Below, piece after piece: positions 16,059-29,772 of a stretch of DNA of 64,000 nucleotides. A program made the translations under genes and the position numbers. The stretch is from the human T2T-CHM13v2.0 reference genome, Homo sapiens. The DNA is taken from the NCBI RefSeq assembly GCF_009914755.1, contig NC_060928.1. One strand, 5' to 3'. The first letter of the stretch is position 1. The number at the start of each line of letters is the position of its first letter. Under the pieces are notes generated by a model, which worked only from the letters and a program-made list of their open reading frames with translations, was not told the origin of the DNA and did no database searches.

Positions 16059-16352
16059 AGCAGTTTATTTTTCAAGAATTTTTTTCTCTTTTATTAGACT
16101 GGATAATTTCCATTGCTCTTTCTAAAATTTCAGAATGATTTTCCTCCTTGTCATCTCCATTCTTCTTGTGAACTCACCCAGTGAATTTTTAATTTTGGTT
16201 ATTGTATTTTTCTGTTCTAAAATTTCCATTTGATTCTTTTTTATAGCTTCTCTTTCTGGGATGAGACTTTCAATCTTTCCATTTTTTTCAATAGTGTTTT
16301 CCTTTACTTCTTAGAGCGTGATTATAATAATTGCTTTAAAATCTGTGTGATA

Positions 16353-16645
16353 GGACTAGGCACAGTGGCTCATGCCTGTAATCTCAGCACTTTGGGAGGC
16401 CAGGGCAGGAGGATTGCTTGTGCCCAGGAGGTTAACACCAGTCTGGGCAACATACTGAGACCCCATCTCTACAAAAAAAATTTAAAAATTAGCCAGGCAT
16501 GGTGACACACACTGGTAGTCCCAGCTACTTAGGAGGCTGAAGTGGGAGGATTGCTTGAGCCTGGGAGGTGGAGGCTGCAGTCAGCGATGATCGCACCACT
16601 GTACTCCAGCCTGGGTGGCAGAGCAAGACTGTCTAAAAAAAAAAA
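16353..16645 (+). mobile_element. AluJ
   Basis: ggactaggcacagtggctcatgcctgtaatc...ggattgcttgagcctgggagg...poly-A; gtgtgata on both flanks. Confidence 0.92.
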
Positions 16646-17699
16646 GTGTGATAATTCCAACAACTGGGTCTTCTTGGGGGGTGATATCTGTTGATTGTCT
16701 TTCACCTTGATAATTTGTCAGACTTTTCCTGGTTCTTTGCATATTGAGTATTTTGGGATTGTATCCTGGTCATTTTGAATATGAAATTATGAGACTTTGG
16801 ATCTTCTTTAAATCCTATGGAGATTTTTGTTTTATTTTGTGTCAGCAAGCAATACACCAGGTTAGGCCCTGTCTGATGCTGAGATTGACTTATGGGCTGA
16901 GGTGGTGGCAGTTGATAATTGTTGCCCCAATTCATTATTTTATAAAAGGTTACACAAAGATTTTTTTTCTAATTCATTATTTTCTTAGTCATTTATCTGC
17001 TGCAATTATATAAGGGAGAATTTTCCTTCGTAAATTGTTTGGTTACTCTGAAATATCACTTATTCAGGACAAACAGGATAAATGCTTGTTTTCTTCTCCT
17101 GTATTGATACATTTTTCAGAGTAACAAACTGGCACCCTAACCACCTCCAATGGTGCCCAGTGAGGTGTTCATTTGTTTTGTGTCATTACTGAGCCAAGGC
17201 TTGAGCCAGATTTGATGTGTTTCATTCATGGCAGTCCTTCTGCTCTTTGGAGCTGAACTTGTCCCATCCTGGGCCCTCAGCTGGCTCCTTTGCCCACACA
17301 GCCCCTGTTTATCCTTCGAATATGCCCAATTTGGCGATGCAGAGAGGACACCGTGCGTCCTCATCACTCGAACCATTCTTTCTTCTGTAAGGTTTAGTCC
17401 CGTCTGCTGTACAATTTTGTGGGTTGATTTTCTTCTTTTTAATCTGAGGGGTCCAGCTCCTTCCCCATGCCCCTCCGTGTGAAGCAATGCTTCCTTCAGC
17501 ATTGGAGCCTGCCCTCGCCGAGTGTCTGTGGCCCAGGGTAGGATCCCATGAGCTTAGCTGTGGGAGCTGAAATGTGGGCCGCACCCCAAGGGCCTGCGTG
17601 GGCTCCCATCCAGGGGCTTCACCCACCACCCTGCTCTGGTTTGGGAGGGCGTTGTTCTGGGAGCACCAGTCAGTTGCTCATCAACAAACCATGGGGCAT

Positions 17700-18420
17700 G
17701 GAGACGCCACCGTGAACACGTGTGGTGGGTCCTGCCCTGTGTGCTTGACCTTGATGGAGAAATGTGCCGGAACAACCAGGCAGGGCTCTGGTGGGCCCTG
17801 TGCAGAGGTGGGAGCTCTGTGTGGTGGTCTGGGCAGCCAGGGCAGCTCCTTGAGGAGGATGAGGTGACTGAGCTCCCACTGAGGGAACAGCAGGGTGGAG
17901 GCTGGAAAGGCGGGCCGGCAGCTCGGGGTCTCCTGGGCACATGGCTTGGGCCACAGGAGGGACGGGAGCCCGGCCGGGGTCCCAAGATCTTCTACAGCAA
18001 CCTCTGGCTGATGGAGCCGACCAGGGCTGGAGCTGGGGTGGCCAGTGGCCTCGTGACAGAGGTGCAGGTGAGCCGAGATGCCACAAGGTGCTGAGTCTGG
18101 TGTGCGTGCCGAGGGCAAGCTGGTGGGGTTTGCTGAGGGCCTTGGTGGGTGCGCAGGATGGCGGTGGTGACAGCGAGGGCCAGCGCCTTTTTCTGGGAAA
18201 AAGAAGATGGACGATGGGCCAGAGAGGAACGGTTTGGTTTGATCACTTCAAGTGTCTTGATCAGCCACTTGGACGTGTTGAGGAGGCAGCTGGACAGGGT
18301 CTGGAGCCACGGTGAAGGTCGATGGCCGGGCAAGGCCACGTGGCTGCCCCTAATGAGCCCCCGTGGTAGTGGGTAGACGCGGAGCATCGAAGGGTCAGTC
18401 TGAGCCCCAGGTCCTCACAG
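17700..18420 (-). mobile_element. Ancient, GC-shifted L2 (CR1-group LINE) ORF2 3' region
   Basis: Minus-strand translations give LQTLSSCLLNTSKWLIKTLEV (cf. L2 RT ...SNCLLDISTWM...LKLN) and SHLILLKELPWLP (cf. L2 C-terminal HITPLLxxLHWLP), in the expected order. Confidence 0.6.
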
Positions 18421-18664
18421 TGGAGGCCCTGTCTGTCCTGCCAGCTGTTTGGGCAGACCCCAGCATCCTCCAATTTTACCCAATAACGCAGTCCCCCCTG
18501 CGCCATCCCCCACCCTGAGCCTCCCCGGCTCCCCCAGCACAGAGCAGGTGCTGGCCTCTCAGGGCAGGGACAAGACCCAAGTAAGCCCGGGTCCCCTGTG
18601 CCAGGCCAGGGTGTGAAGGCCACTGCCTCACAGGCCAGACCCTGCCCTCAGGGAGCTCCTAGCC

Positions 18665-19035
18665 CATGATGGTCGGCTTGGTTTGGTGAGGCTGCAGCCC
18701 CAACATCCCACCAAGCCCTCGCTAGGTGCTGTGTGGGGTGCGCTGCAGGTGTGGTTAACATCACCATCGGTCAGCTTTCAGTGAAGGAGATGACCCTCCC
18801 TAATATGCTGGGCCTCTTCTAACCAGGGCAGGGCCTGACGGGCAACACAGGCTTCCCAGAGAAGAAATTCTGTCTGAAGATGGCAGTGTCAGCCACCACC
18901 CGTTTCCAGTCTGTTGCTTACTCAGACGTGCCCAGCTGGACCCCACAATTGCATAAGCCAGTTCTGTGAAATCAATGTCTTAATGTGCAGGCCTCTCCCA
19001 GCGGTCCCATTTTTCTGGAGAACTGTGGCTGGCAC
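18665..19035 (+). mobile_element. MLT2-family (ERVL) solo LTR
   Basis: gtggttaacat...gatgaccctccctaatatgctgggcctc...agaagaaattctgtctgaaga...cccacaattgcataagccagttc...tttctggagaac matches recalled MLT2 consensus. Confidence 0.75.
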
Positions 19036-19596
19036 AGGGTCCAGGGGTGCAGAAGAGAGTGAAACACCCTGGGGTCTGGAGGTTCAGACAGGACCCGTCA
19101 TTCTGAGACCCTCAGATCAGGCAGCAGGAGGGGCACAGGGTCCTTGGCAGAGGGGACACCCCTCTCCCCCGCAGGCGTCTGGAAGGCCCCACCACCTGAG
19201 GGTCTCTGCTGCTGGTGGCAGTGCGGATGCCAGATGGGACTCTCATCTGTGTTTCCCAGGACGTGGAGCATTTATCTTGGGGACTTTCTGAAGGATGTGT
19301 GACAGAGGAGGGGTGTGTTTACACGGGGTCCCGTGTCCTAATCAATGCTGAACAGAACTGTTTTGATTTTCCAGTTACAGGAAGGACAATAAGTGAGACA
19401 GCAGAAGCAGGGCAAAGGCTCTAATTGATGGAGAAGCTATGAGGAGTCGATTCCAAGTCATCAATTCTCTGGGTGGAGGATCATGGCCTGGGGGCCGTTA
19501 GTGTTGGTGCCATTCCTAGCAAAGAGGAGGTCGGTACCAAAGCCAAGGTGGACTGGCCCCAGACTGCCACCCAGTGACAGGCCAGGCCTGCTGACG

Positions 19597-19848
19597 TGCA
19601 CACTCAGAGGAGTTCACACTCAGACGAGTGCACACACAGAGGAGCTGACACTCAGACGAGCGCACACTCAGAGGAGCTCACACTCAGATGAGCGCACACT
19701 CAGAGGAGCTCACACTCAGAGGAGCACACACTCAGACAAGCACGCACTCAGAGGAGCACACAGTCAGAGGAGTGCACACTCAGAGGATCTCACACTCAGA
19801 GGAGTGCACACTCAGAGAAGCGCACTCAGAGGAGCGCACACTCACACA
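19597..19848. repeat. Short tandem repeat, ~18-20-bp unit (GCACACTCAGAGGAG core), ~13 copies
   Basis: cacactcagaggag / cacactcagacgag repeated. Confidence 0.92.
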
Positions 19849-22800
19849 GACCCTGGTTTGACCCCCTGGCTTTGTTCTGTCCTCTTCAGGGCATAGTGGG
19901 ATGGCAGCAGCCTTCTGACAGGGCTGCCAGGACAGAAGGAGGGTGGGATCCAGGCGCCCAGGGGCATCTGATGTGGGGCTCTGGATCTGAGTGGGCCTGG
20001 CACAGGGGCTGGGTCTCAGAAGGGAGGAGGCTGGGACATGAGGCCTCTTCCTCACCAGCCTGTGCTTTGTGGGTCTTCCTCTGCCCTGGGCGCTGCCTGC
20101 CCTCCTACTCTCCTCTGCTTCCTCATGTCCCGGCCCCTACCCCTTGGGGCCCCAGCCCAGGCTTTCCAGGGCAGCCCCTTTTCCCGAGCTCCAGGCTCTT
20201 CTGAGCGTCCCGAAGCCCAGAACCCCACTTCCAGCCCACACATCCCAAGAGACCCCTGGGTCCTCTGACAGCCCCTCCCCAGTCTGGGCGGTGTTGCCAC
20301 ACAGACGCTGATACCTCCCTGCCTCTCTCACCTCTGCTTTGACCAGCACTGGCCCCATGTGCTGAGACCCTCGACCGTGCCTGTGTGGGCCCTGCCTGGG
20401 GCTCCCCCAACAGCCAGGCCACCCCCATCTCCTTGCCACACTCCTAACACTCCGAGTGATGGCTCCACCCTCTTCGCCTTGTGCTTAAGTACGCTGAAGT
20501 CAGCCCCAGGCTCTTCCACAGTGCACTGTCCTCAGGGCTGGCCTCGCCTGTGTGCTGAGGTCTCACCCGGAGCTCCTCCGCTGTTCCCAGGGCAGGGCGG
20601 GGGCTGCAGAGCAAGCTAGACAAAGGAGGGCTGGGGAGCCCTCCGCGTCCGCTCCTCCTATCCCACCTGGGGTTGCAGGGTCTGGTGAGATGGGTCCTGC
20701 CCTGCGTGGACACACGGGTAGCCCCCTGGCTCCATCACTGCAACGCCTCAACCCGTCTGCTCGGTGCGTGTGGGTCAGGTGCCCAGAACGCGGGTCCCCA
20801 GGAGCCCCAGCCAGGGGGGCTTGGTAGCCCGTGGCGCCTGCTGCTGGGGCGTGAGGCACCATCCTTAGAGGACCTGGGGTCCTGGGAGAGGCTTTGTTAA
20901 GCCCGGGCTTACAGCGGACAAGAGCCTGCACAGAGCCTTGGGTGCAGAGCTGACTGCTTCCCTGGCTGCCTGCCCAGGGCCAGAGCCTAAAGAGTGGGCT
21001 GGTTAGGGTGAGTCTTCTTGTAAATGACATCTCCACACAACTGGGGAGCTACAAACAGGAGGCCACACGCCTGGCTTTTTTATTACAGTTGCCAGGAATA
21101 AGAGAAGGCCTTGGGAGTTGGGCCCTGGTTTGATGGGGATCGCAAATCCCCGTCTCTCCTTTAAGTGTCTGTCCCATTAAAAGCAAAATGCAGCTCCTCC
21201 CACACCCTGCAGGCTGATCTGGGCTGGGCCTGGCTCCCCCAAGCCTCCAGGCCTGTCTCCCACCTTCCTCCCTCCCGTTCTGTCAGGGGGCTTGGGTTTG
21301 GCCCCCCGATGGTGGTCAGGTTGCAGGAGACTGGAGCCCAACGTGGCCCAACTGAGCTGAGGCCTGGCCCGGGGAGCAGTGTTCTCGGCAGGCCTGTGGT
21401 CAGAGGGTGAGAGGAGCACGCCGGCACACAGGGAGTGGGGGGTTGGGGAAAAGGGAGGGACCCGCCTGTGGGGGTCCCCGGAGTCTTCCCGGAGGAGGAG
21501 GAGAGGAGCCGTGAGGGGGAGGAGGGAGGCGCCTTGGCCTCCACTCCCCGTGGGAAGCTGGGTCCTGCCCCTGGAGTTCTCCGCCATGGTGGAGAGGGGG
21601 CCGGAGTGGAGGCGGGGAGAGAGGAAGCCCCACTCTGGGTCCAAGCCAGGGGGTTGAGTGGGGGCATCAAAACCCCAGGTGGAGATGGGACCTGCCAGTG
21701 TTGTGCGAGGTCTGCTGGCACCAGGGGAGGGTCCGCCGGCCCTGGGCAGGGAGACAGCAGGCCCGCGAGTGGGGCCAAGTTCCTCTTCTCCCATGGTGCC
21801 AGGTGGGGGAACAGGCCAGTGGGGGAGGTTGCAGACCCCAGGGTCCTCCGGAATATTGTGAAGGGCTCTGCCTGGGCTCCTGTGGAGGGTTCAGGGACCT
21901 CAGTCTGGAGTGTGTAGTAGTCCGAGGCAGAGGCCTCAGTGGGGCCTGGGGCGAGGACGAGGGGCTCAGACGGAGGGACCACGCACTGGGACCCTCAGGG
22001 CACAGCCCACCAAGTCCCCGGCAGGAGCAGGCAGGGGCCCTGAGCTCTGGGAAAGGGGAGGGAGCCAGCGTCCCCAGCGACTTTGGGCTTTGACTGGGCT
22101 GCAGGTGCCCAAAGATGCTGAGTTGGACCCAAGGGGTCGACTTTGGTCTCCGGTTCCTCTCCTGGGCGTCGTGAGGTCCCTTTTCTGCCGTCAGCGGTTG
22201 GGGGTGAGAGCTGGTGGACAGGTGTAGAAACGAGGGTGGGTGCGAGTCCCCCTGTGGTCAGACTGTCCTGCTCCTCCCCCACCCCTAGGCCGGGACAAGG
22301 GGACTCCGTGGCTGGGATCAGAGGGTGGAAGCTGGGGGCTCTGGGACTGGTTAGGAACTCGCACCCAGAACCTGGCTGGCACAGGCTTAAATCCCAGCCT
22401 GGCCTCCCCTCCCTCCTTCCGGGGCCCGGGCACAATCTGTCACCTCCATGCACCTCGTCTCTTGCACAAGGGAGCACTGGAAGGGTTGTAGTGAACACCC
22501 AGCCTTAGGATACAGCACTGCCATTTCCTTGACTTCCTCCTCAGAGTACAGGGCAGGAAGAGAAAGGTTTTGAGCAGATAGCAATTTCCAGTGGGCCCCG
22601 TCGGCTGAGCTCTGGTCCCACCTCACTCTCCCAGGTGCCCACACCATCCTGATGGTCTGGACACCCACGGGGCCCTGTCTAAGGCCCGTGGACCTCTTCC
22701 CTCCTTGGTGGGGGTAGGAGGGGGTCTCTGCAGCTCTTTCTGGGCAGCATGGAGTTTCAGAATCTTGGGGTTTCAGAATCACGGGGCCAGTGGGAGCCCG

Positions 22801-24005
22801 GTTTGCCCGTGGAACAGACTTTGGGCAGCCCCTCTGCCTGAGCCTGATTCCTCATCGGTTTGGGGATTTCCCTGGACTTCCCTGAGTTTCCTTGTGAGGA
22901 CCAGGTGTGGACAGAGCAGGTGCTCGGGAGGGAGGGCTGCTCCTGTTTCCTGCCCTCGCCTTCTCAGCTCGGCCAGCTCTGAGGACATGGCTGGACGCAG
23001 CAGGTGCTCAGGGAATACTGGCTGAGTGAGTGAATGTACAATTGTCGGTTTGGTATAAATGGTACTAAATAAGGCTAAGTGCTGCCATTTTTGGCTTTGG
23101 AGGCCTAGGGTTAATTGGCTCCTGCCCAGCCACCCTCAGCTCCGTCCACGTTTGGCACTGCTTGGGGTCAGGGGTTCTAAGGGTGCCCCATGACTTGGAA
23201 CTTCATGTCCGATGGTAGGTTTTGGCCAGGGAGGCTTTGGCTTGCCCCGGTCCGTGCACCACCCTCCATCTCTGTGACTCTGTGCCAAGCCCTGCTGGGG
23301 TGGGCTCAGGATGCAGCTTCCTTGAAGATGCTCCTGCAGCTCCCAGATGTCCTCTGGTGAAGGGCATTGGAGCCACGTGAGCCTCGGGCCCTCTCACCAG
23401 GGTGAGCACGTGTCCTGGTGTACGTCCAGGCACGAGTGTTATTCGAGCCCCCTGAAGAGTGTGTGAGCTGGCCTGTTGGGTAGTATATATGATCCCCACT
23501 TCTTATTATCGTCTGGCTGAAGGATGCCTCCCAGGGCATCCCATCACGAGCACCACCACCATCACCACAGGTGGTTCCCAAGGCCCTCTGGTGCATGGGA
23601 AGTCTCTGAGGCACACAAAGCAGAGTGAACCTGCCTGGCGAGTCCTCACTGGGGGCCCCTCCTCTTCTCCCTCCCCCACTTATGTCTCCTGTGTGTCCCT
23701 GGGGAGCCCAACAAGTCTTTGACACATCTCAAGCCCCCATCACTTGGAAAGGGAGCCTGGAGCCCAAGGAGGTTGAGGGGTAGGGTGTACCCATCTGTGT
23801 TCTGTGACCCTGAAAGGACAGGAAGGTGTGCCTTATGCCCCCCTTCTTTTGGAGAGAAGGATAACTTCTTGATGGCATTCAAACTGAAAATGGATGCCAA
23901 CGGAAACATGAGTGCCAAGAGACTGTGAGCACGATGCTGTCACACATCTTCATGGCCGCAGCAACCAGAGGTTTTGCTCTTTGTTTAACTTTTCCCCACT
24001 AAATG

Positions 24006-25920
24006 CATCACCACCATTACCACTATCACCACCGTCATCATCATCACCTCACATCATCATCATCACTACTGCCATCACCATCATCACCATCACCACCACC
24101 AACACCACCACCATCAACACCATGATCACATCATCATCACCACCATTCTCCTCATCATCCCCATCACATCATCATCACCACTGTCATCATCACCATCACT
24201 ACCACCATCACCTTTATCATCACTAGCACCACCATCACCTCCATCCTCACTGTCACCACAGTCATCACCACCATCCTCATCACCATCACCTTCATCATAT
24301 CACATTACCATCATCATCGTCACATCATCATCACCACCATCATTATCACCATCACCACCACCATCACCACCATTTTCACATCATCTTCACATCACATCAT
24401 CATCACCAACATCATCACCATCACTACCACCATCACCATCTTCATCATCACCACCATCACCACCACCATTGCCACCATTATCACCATATCATCACCATCA
24501 CTACCACCATCACCATTGTCATCACAATCACCATCATCATCATCTCACATTAGCATCATCATCACCATCATCATTACCATCACCATCATTACATCATAAT
24601 CACCATAATGACCACCACCATCGTCGTCACCATCACCACCACCACATCACTATCACCACCATCGTCCTCACCACCACCATCATCTTCTCACCATGTCATC
24701 ATTACCACCATCATTATTATCATCATAATCACCACTACCACCATCAACAGTACCCTATTATTATCACCATCACATCACTATCACTACCATCGTCCTCACC
24801 ACCATCATCTTCTCACTATGTCATTATCACCATCATTATTATCATCATCACCACTACCACCATCAACAGTACCCTATTATCGTCACCATCACCACCATCA
24901 TGATCATGATAATCATCATCACCATCACCATCATCACTACCAGCAACACCAGCATTACTACCACCACCACCATTGCCACCATCACCACCATTATGACCAT
25001 CATGATCACTATCAATACCACCATCACCACTGTCATCACTATCACCACCGCTGTTGCCACCATCACAACCATTATCACATCAACATCACCACCATCCCCA
25101 TCACCATCACCATCATTACCTCACATTATCATTATCATCACCATCACCATCATCATTACCATTATCTGCATCACCATTATCACCATCATCACATCACCAT
25201 CACCACCACCATCATCATTGTCACCATCACTACCATCATAATCACCATACCCACCATTATCACCATCATTCCCACTATCAACTCTATCATCACAAGCACC
25301 ACCACCACCACCATATCACCATCACCTCTGCTATCACCACCATCATCACCACCACAATCATCACCATCACATTTTTACCATCACCATCATCACCATCACC
25401 ACCACCACCATCAACACCATCACCACCATTATCACATTGTCATCACCACCATTCTTATCGTCAACACTATTATCACTGTCACCACCATCATCACTACCAC
25501 CATCACCATTATAATCATCACCACCATCGACACCATCACCACCACTATCACCATCATCATCATCACTAGCATCATCACCACCTTCATCAGCACCATCACC
25601 ACCATCAACATTATTATCACCATTACCATCATTGTTTGACATCATCATTGTCATCATCACCATTATTACCATTATCAGTACCATCAGTATCACCATCACC
25701 ACCATCATTTCATCACCATCACCACCATAATCTCACATTATCATTGTCACCATCATCACCACCACCAACAGCACTATCATCACATCACTATCACCACCAC
25801 CATTATTACCATTATCATCATCACTATCATCATCATTATCATCACCATCACGATCATCGTCACCAACACAATCACTACCACAGTCATCACCATTACTATC
25901 ATTACCATCATCACCCCATC
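24006..25920 (+). repeat. (CAT/CAC)n degenerate trinucleotide block, ~1.9 kb
   Basis: Continuous CAT/CAC/TAT triplets; internal duplication (caccactaccaccatcaacagtaccctattat at ~24730 and ~24850). Confidence 0.97.
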
Positions 25921-25949
25921 AGGTGATGGTGATGCCTGATGGCAATGAT

Positions 25950-26160
25950 GATAAAGCTTGATCAAGCATATCAAGTGTTTTTTGCATGCTAGATGCTTTG
26001 CACACTTCATTTCTTACCCTAATACAACCCAGACAGAGAAGTGCTATTCCCATTTTACAAATAAGGAAACTCAGGAGAGTAAAGTGCTCAAGGTCACACA
26101 GCTTTTCAGTGGAGGAATTTGGATTTGGATGCACATATGTTTCCTTGATCAAAAAGCATA
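25950..26160 (-). mobile_element. MIR
   Basis: MIR core cccattttacaaataaggaaactcagg...caaggtcacacagct. Confidence 0.8.
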
Positions 26161-26602
26161 GCTTCCCTGGCCCTGTAGCCTGTTCTGGGGCAGGAGTGCT
26201 TGAGCCCCTGCTCTTCATGTTATCCTACCATCATCAGTAGTGTAATGCTATGTTACCTTCCCTCCACTATCGAGAGGGAAGTGGGAGGTGCCAATGTGGG
26301 GACACCATTACAGATGTGGCTGCAGAGGTGCGGTGGGGGTCTTTGTGTGCTCTAGCAAGGATGAATGACCTCCTTGGAGACAGAGAGAGGGGAGTGGGAA
26401 GCCTTCTACCTCTGACACCTCTCCCTAGTAAAGGAGGCATGAATAATCTGATTGCTCAAACTGTAATCTACAAAATGCCAATTGGGCCTTGTCGACCAAT
26501 GGGTGGGGCTGTGATTTGAAAGGTCACACATATGCATGGGTGCTCTCTCTTTTTCCCTCTCTGTGTGGCAGTGGTATGGGTGAGGGGACTGTCCTCTCTA
26601 AA

Positions 26603-26950
26603 GTCACATCTGCAGGCTGTACAGGAAGCATGGTGTTGGTATCTGCTTCTGGGGAGGCCTCAGGAAGCTTCCAGTCATGGTGGAGGGCAAAGGAGGAGCA
26701 GGTACATCACATGCCAGAAGAACAGAAAGACAGAGAGAATGGAGAGGAGGTGTCACACACTTTTAAATGACCAGATCTCATGTGAACTCAGAGGGAGAGT
26801 TCACTCATCACCAGGGTGAGAGTCCAGGCCATTCATGAGGGATCCATCCCCATGTTCCAACCCCTCCCACCAGGCCCCATCTCCAACTCCAACCTTAGGT
26901 ATTACAATTCAATTTGAGATTTGGGCAGGACAAATATCTAAACTATATCA
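26603..26950 (-). mobile_element. MSTA-like MaLR LTR (truncated)
   Basis: ctgcaggctgtacaggaagcatgg...ggaggcctcaggaagctt...tttgagatttgggcaggacaaatatctaaactatatca. Confidence 0.85.
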
Positions 26951-29772
26951 AAGATATACATTGGTTCAGCCCGAAAAGGTAGGAAATCTCAAAACAGAGG
27001 CTTACAAGTTTTACTAGTTTGTTTTCACACTGCTATGAAGAATTACCCAAGACTGGGAAATTTATAAAGGAAAGAGGTTTAATTGACTCACAGTTCTGCA
27101 TGGCTGAGGGGGCCTCAGGAAACTTACAATCATGGCAGAAGGGGAAGCAAACACATCCTTCTTCACATGGCAGCATGAGAGAGAAGTGCCAGCAGGGGAA
27201 ATGCTAGACACTTATAATACCATCAGATCTTGTGAGGCTCACTCACTATCATGAGAACGTCATGAGGAAACTGCCCCCACGATCTCATCACCTCCCATGA
27301 GGTCCCTCCCCCAACATGTGGGGATTACAATTCAAATTACAATTCAAGATGAGATTTGGGTGGGGACAGAGAACTAGACCATATCATTCCAGCCCTGACT
27401 CCTCCCGAATCTCATTTTCTCACATTTCAAAACACAATTATGCCTTCCCAACAGTTCACCAAAGTCTTAACTCATTTCAGCATTAACTCAAAAGTCCAAG
27501 TCCATAGTCTCAACTGAGACAAGGCAGGTCCCTTCTGCCTATGAGCCTGTGAAATCAAAAGCAAGTTAGTCACTTCCTAGATACAGGGTGGGTACAGGCA
27601 TTGGGTAAATACATTCATTCCAAATGGGAGAAATTGGCCAAAACAAGGGGCTGCAGGCCCATGCAAGTCTGAAATCCAGTAGGGCAGTCATTAAACCTTA
27701 AAGTTCCAAAATGATCTCCTTTGGCTCTATGTCTCACATCCAGGTCACACTGACACAAGAGGTGGACTCCCACAGCCTTGGGGAGCTCTGCCTCTGTGGC
27801 TTTGCTGGGTAGAGCCTCCCTCCCGGCTGCTTTTATGGGCTGGTGTTGAGTGTCTGTGGCTTTTCCAGGTATATGGTGCAAGCTGTTGGGTGGATCTACC
27901 ATTCTGGAGTCTGGAGGACAGTGGCCCTCTTCTCACAGCTCCACTAGGCAGTGCCCCAGCGGGGACTCTATGTGGGGGCTCCAAACCCACATTTCCCTTC
28001 TGCACTGCCCTAGCAGAGGTTCTCCGTGAGGGCTCTGCCCCCACAGCAAACTTTTGCCTGGACATCCAGGCATTTCCACACATCCCCTGAAACCTAGGTA
28101 GAGGTTTCCAAACATCAATTCTTGACTTCTGTGTACCCACAGGACAAATACCACATGGAAGCTGCCAAGGCTTGAGGCTTGAAACAATGGCCTGAGCTGT
28201 ACCTTGGCCCCTCTTAGTCATGGCTCGGGTGGCTTGGATGCAGGGCACCAAGTCCTAGGCTGCACACGGCAGGGGGCCCTGGACCAAGCCCATGAAACCA
28301 TTTTTTCCTCCTAGGTCTCCAAAACAATTTTTTGCTCCTAGCCTTCCAGGCCTGTGATGGGAGGGGCCGCCATGAAGGTCTTTAACATGCCCTGGAGACA
28401 TTTTCTCCATTGTCTTGGAAATTAATATTCGGCTCCTTGTTATACAAATTTCTGCAGCCAGCTTGAATTTCTCCCCAGAAAATGGGGTTTTCTTTTCTAC
28501 TGCATCATCTGGCTGCAAGTTTTCCAAACTTTAATGCTCTGTCACCTCTTGAACACTTTGCTGCTTAGAAATTTCTTCCTCCAGACACCCTAAATCATCT
28601 CTCTCAAGTTCAGAGTTCCACAGAGCTCCAGGGCAGGGGCAAAATGCCACCAGTCTCTTTGCTAAAACATAGCAAGAGTCACCTTTACTCCACTTCCCAA
28701 CAAGTTCCTCATCTCCATCTGAGACCACCTCAGCCTAGACTTCATTGTCCATATCACTATCAGCATTTTATTCAAAGCTATCCAGCAAGTCTTTAGGAAG
28801 TTCCAAACTTTTCCACATTTTTCTTCTTCTTCTGAACCCTCCAAACTGTTGCAACCCCTGCCAGCTGGCCAGTTCCAACATCACTTTTATATTTTCAGGT
28901 ATCCTTCTAGCAGTGCCCCAATCCTGGTACCAATTTACTGTATTAGTTCATTTTCACACTACTATAAGAATTACCCAAGACTGGGTAATTTATAAAGGGA
29001 AGAAGTTTAATTGACTCACAGTTCTGTATGCCTGGGGAGATCTCAGGAAACTTAAAATCATGGTGGGAGGGGAAGCAAACACATCCTTCTTCACATGGTG
29101 GCAGGAGAGAGAAGTGCCATCAGGGGAAATGCCAGACACTTATAAAATCTGGTGAGACTCACTCACTATCAAAAGAACATCATGGGGGAACCTGCCCCAT
29201 GATCTAATCACCTCCCACGAGGTCCCTCACCCAACATATGGGGATTACAATTTGAATTACAATTCAAGATAAGATTTGGGTGGGAACACAAAGCCAGACA
29301 ATATCACGAGTCATAGGTAGATTCAGAGATCCTTTAATCTGCAATTGATTAAAGGAATAAAACTTTGTCAAAAACCAGAAAGGAGTATTTAAGATAAGGA
29401 TGCTATGTCAGTCAGCCACAATATGCCCTGCTTAGCAGGATCAATGGCCCACAGGTGGGACTTACCCTTGCCTGGCATAGCTTTTGAGACCTGTTTATAG
29501 TTTGATATCTTATTCCCATGAAGAGTCTGTTCTGCCAGTCATGTGATCTCCAGATCTCCAATGATCTCTAATGACCTCTAATGTTTAGGCACCAACATTA
29601 ATGCCGGTCAGTTGTGGCTACACTCTAAAAAGGAGAAACTAAAACGGGGTGAGTTCCATCTCCCTTTCCATCATGGCTGGGAGCCAAGTCTTTAAGGTTT
29701 TGCTGGGGTTCCCTTGGATAGAGGGGCTCCATTTATTTGGTGAGGAGCTTAGGATTTTATTTTTAGTTTACA
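26951..29772 (-). mobile_element. MER4-group (ERV1) LTR split by a THE1 (pieces 26951-27009 and 29307-29772)
   Basis: aagatatacattggttcagcccgaaaagg continues after the THE1 as gtcataggtagattcagaga; ends ttaggattttatttttagtttaca, the reverse complement of a TGTAAACxAAAAATAAAAT start. Confidence 0.7.
27010..29306 (-). mobile_element. Full-length THE1 (THE1C/D-like): LTR 27010-27386, internal 27387-28938, LTR 28939-29306
   Basis: Two ~370-bp direct-repeat LTRs ending ...atatca, a ~1.55-kb MaLR internal region, and a 5-bp TSD caagt/cgagt. Confidence 0.93.

Noticed and set aside
19872-23025. Many overlapping Pro/Gly/Ala-rich ORFs (for example 273 aa at 21161-21982)
   Set aside because: Expected in high-GC DNA; present on both strands with no recognisable domain.
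24469-26010. His/Thr/Ile-rich ORFs
   Set aside because: Translations of the (CAT/CAC)n block; open in several frames with no splice or promoter support.
27615-29014. ORFs in the THE1 internal region
   Set aside because: Fragmented MaLR internal ORF remnants, not a host gene.
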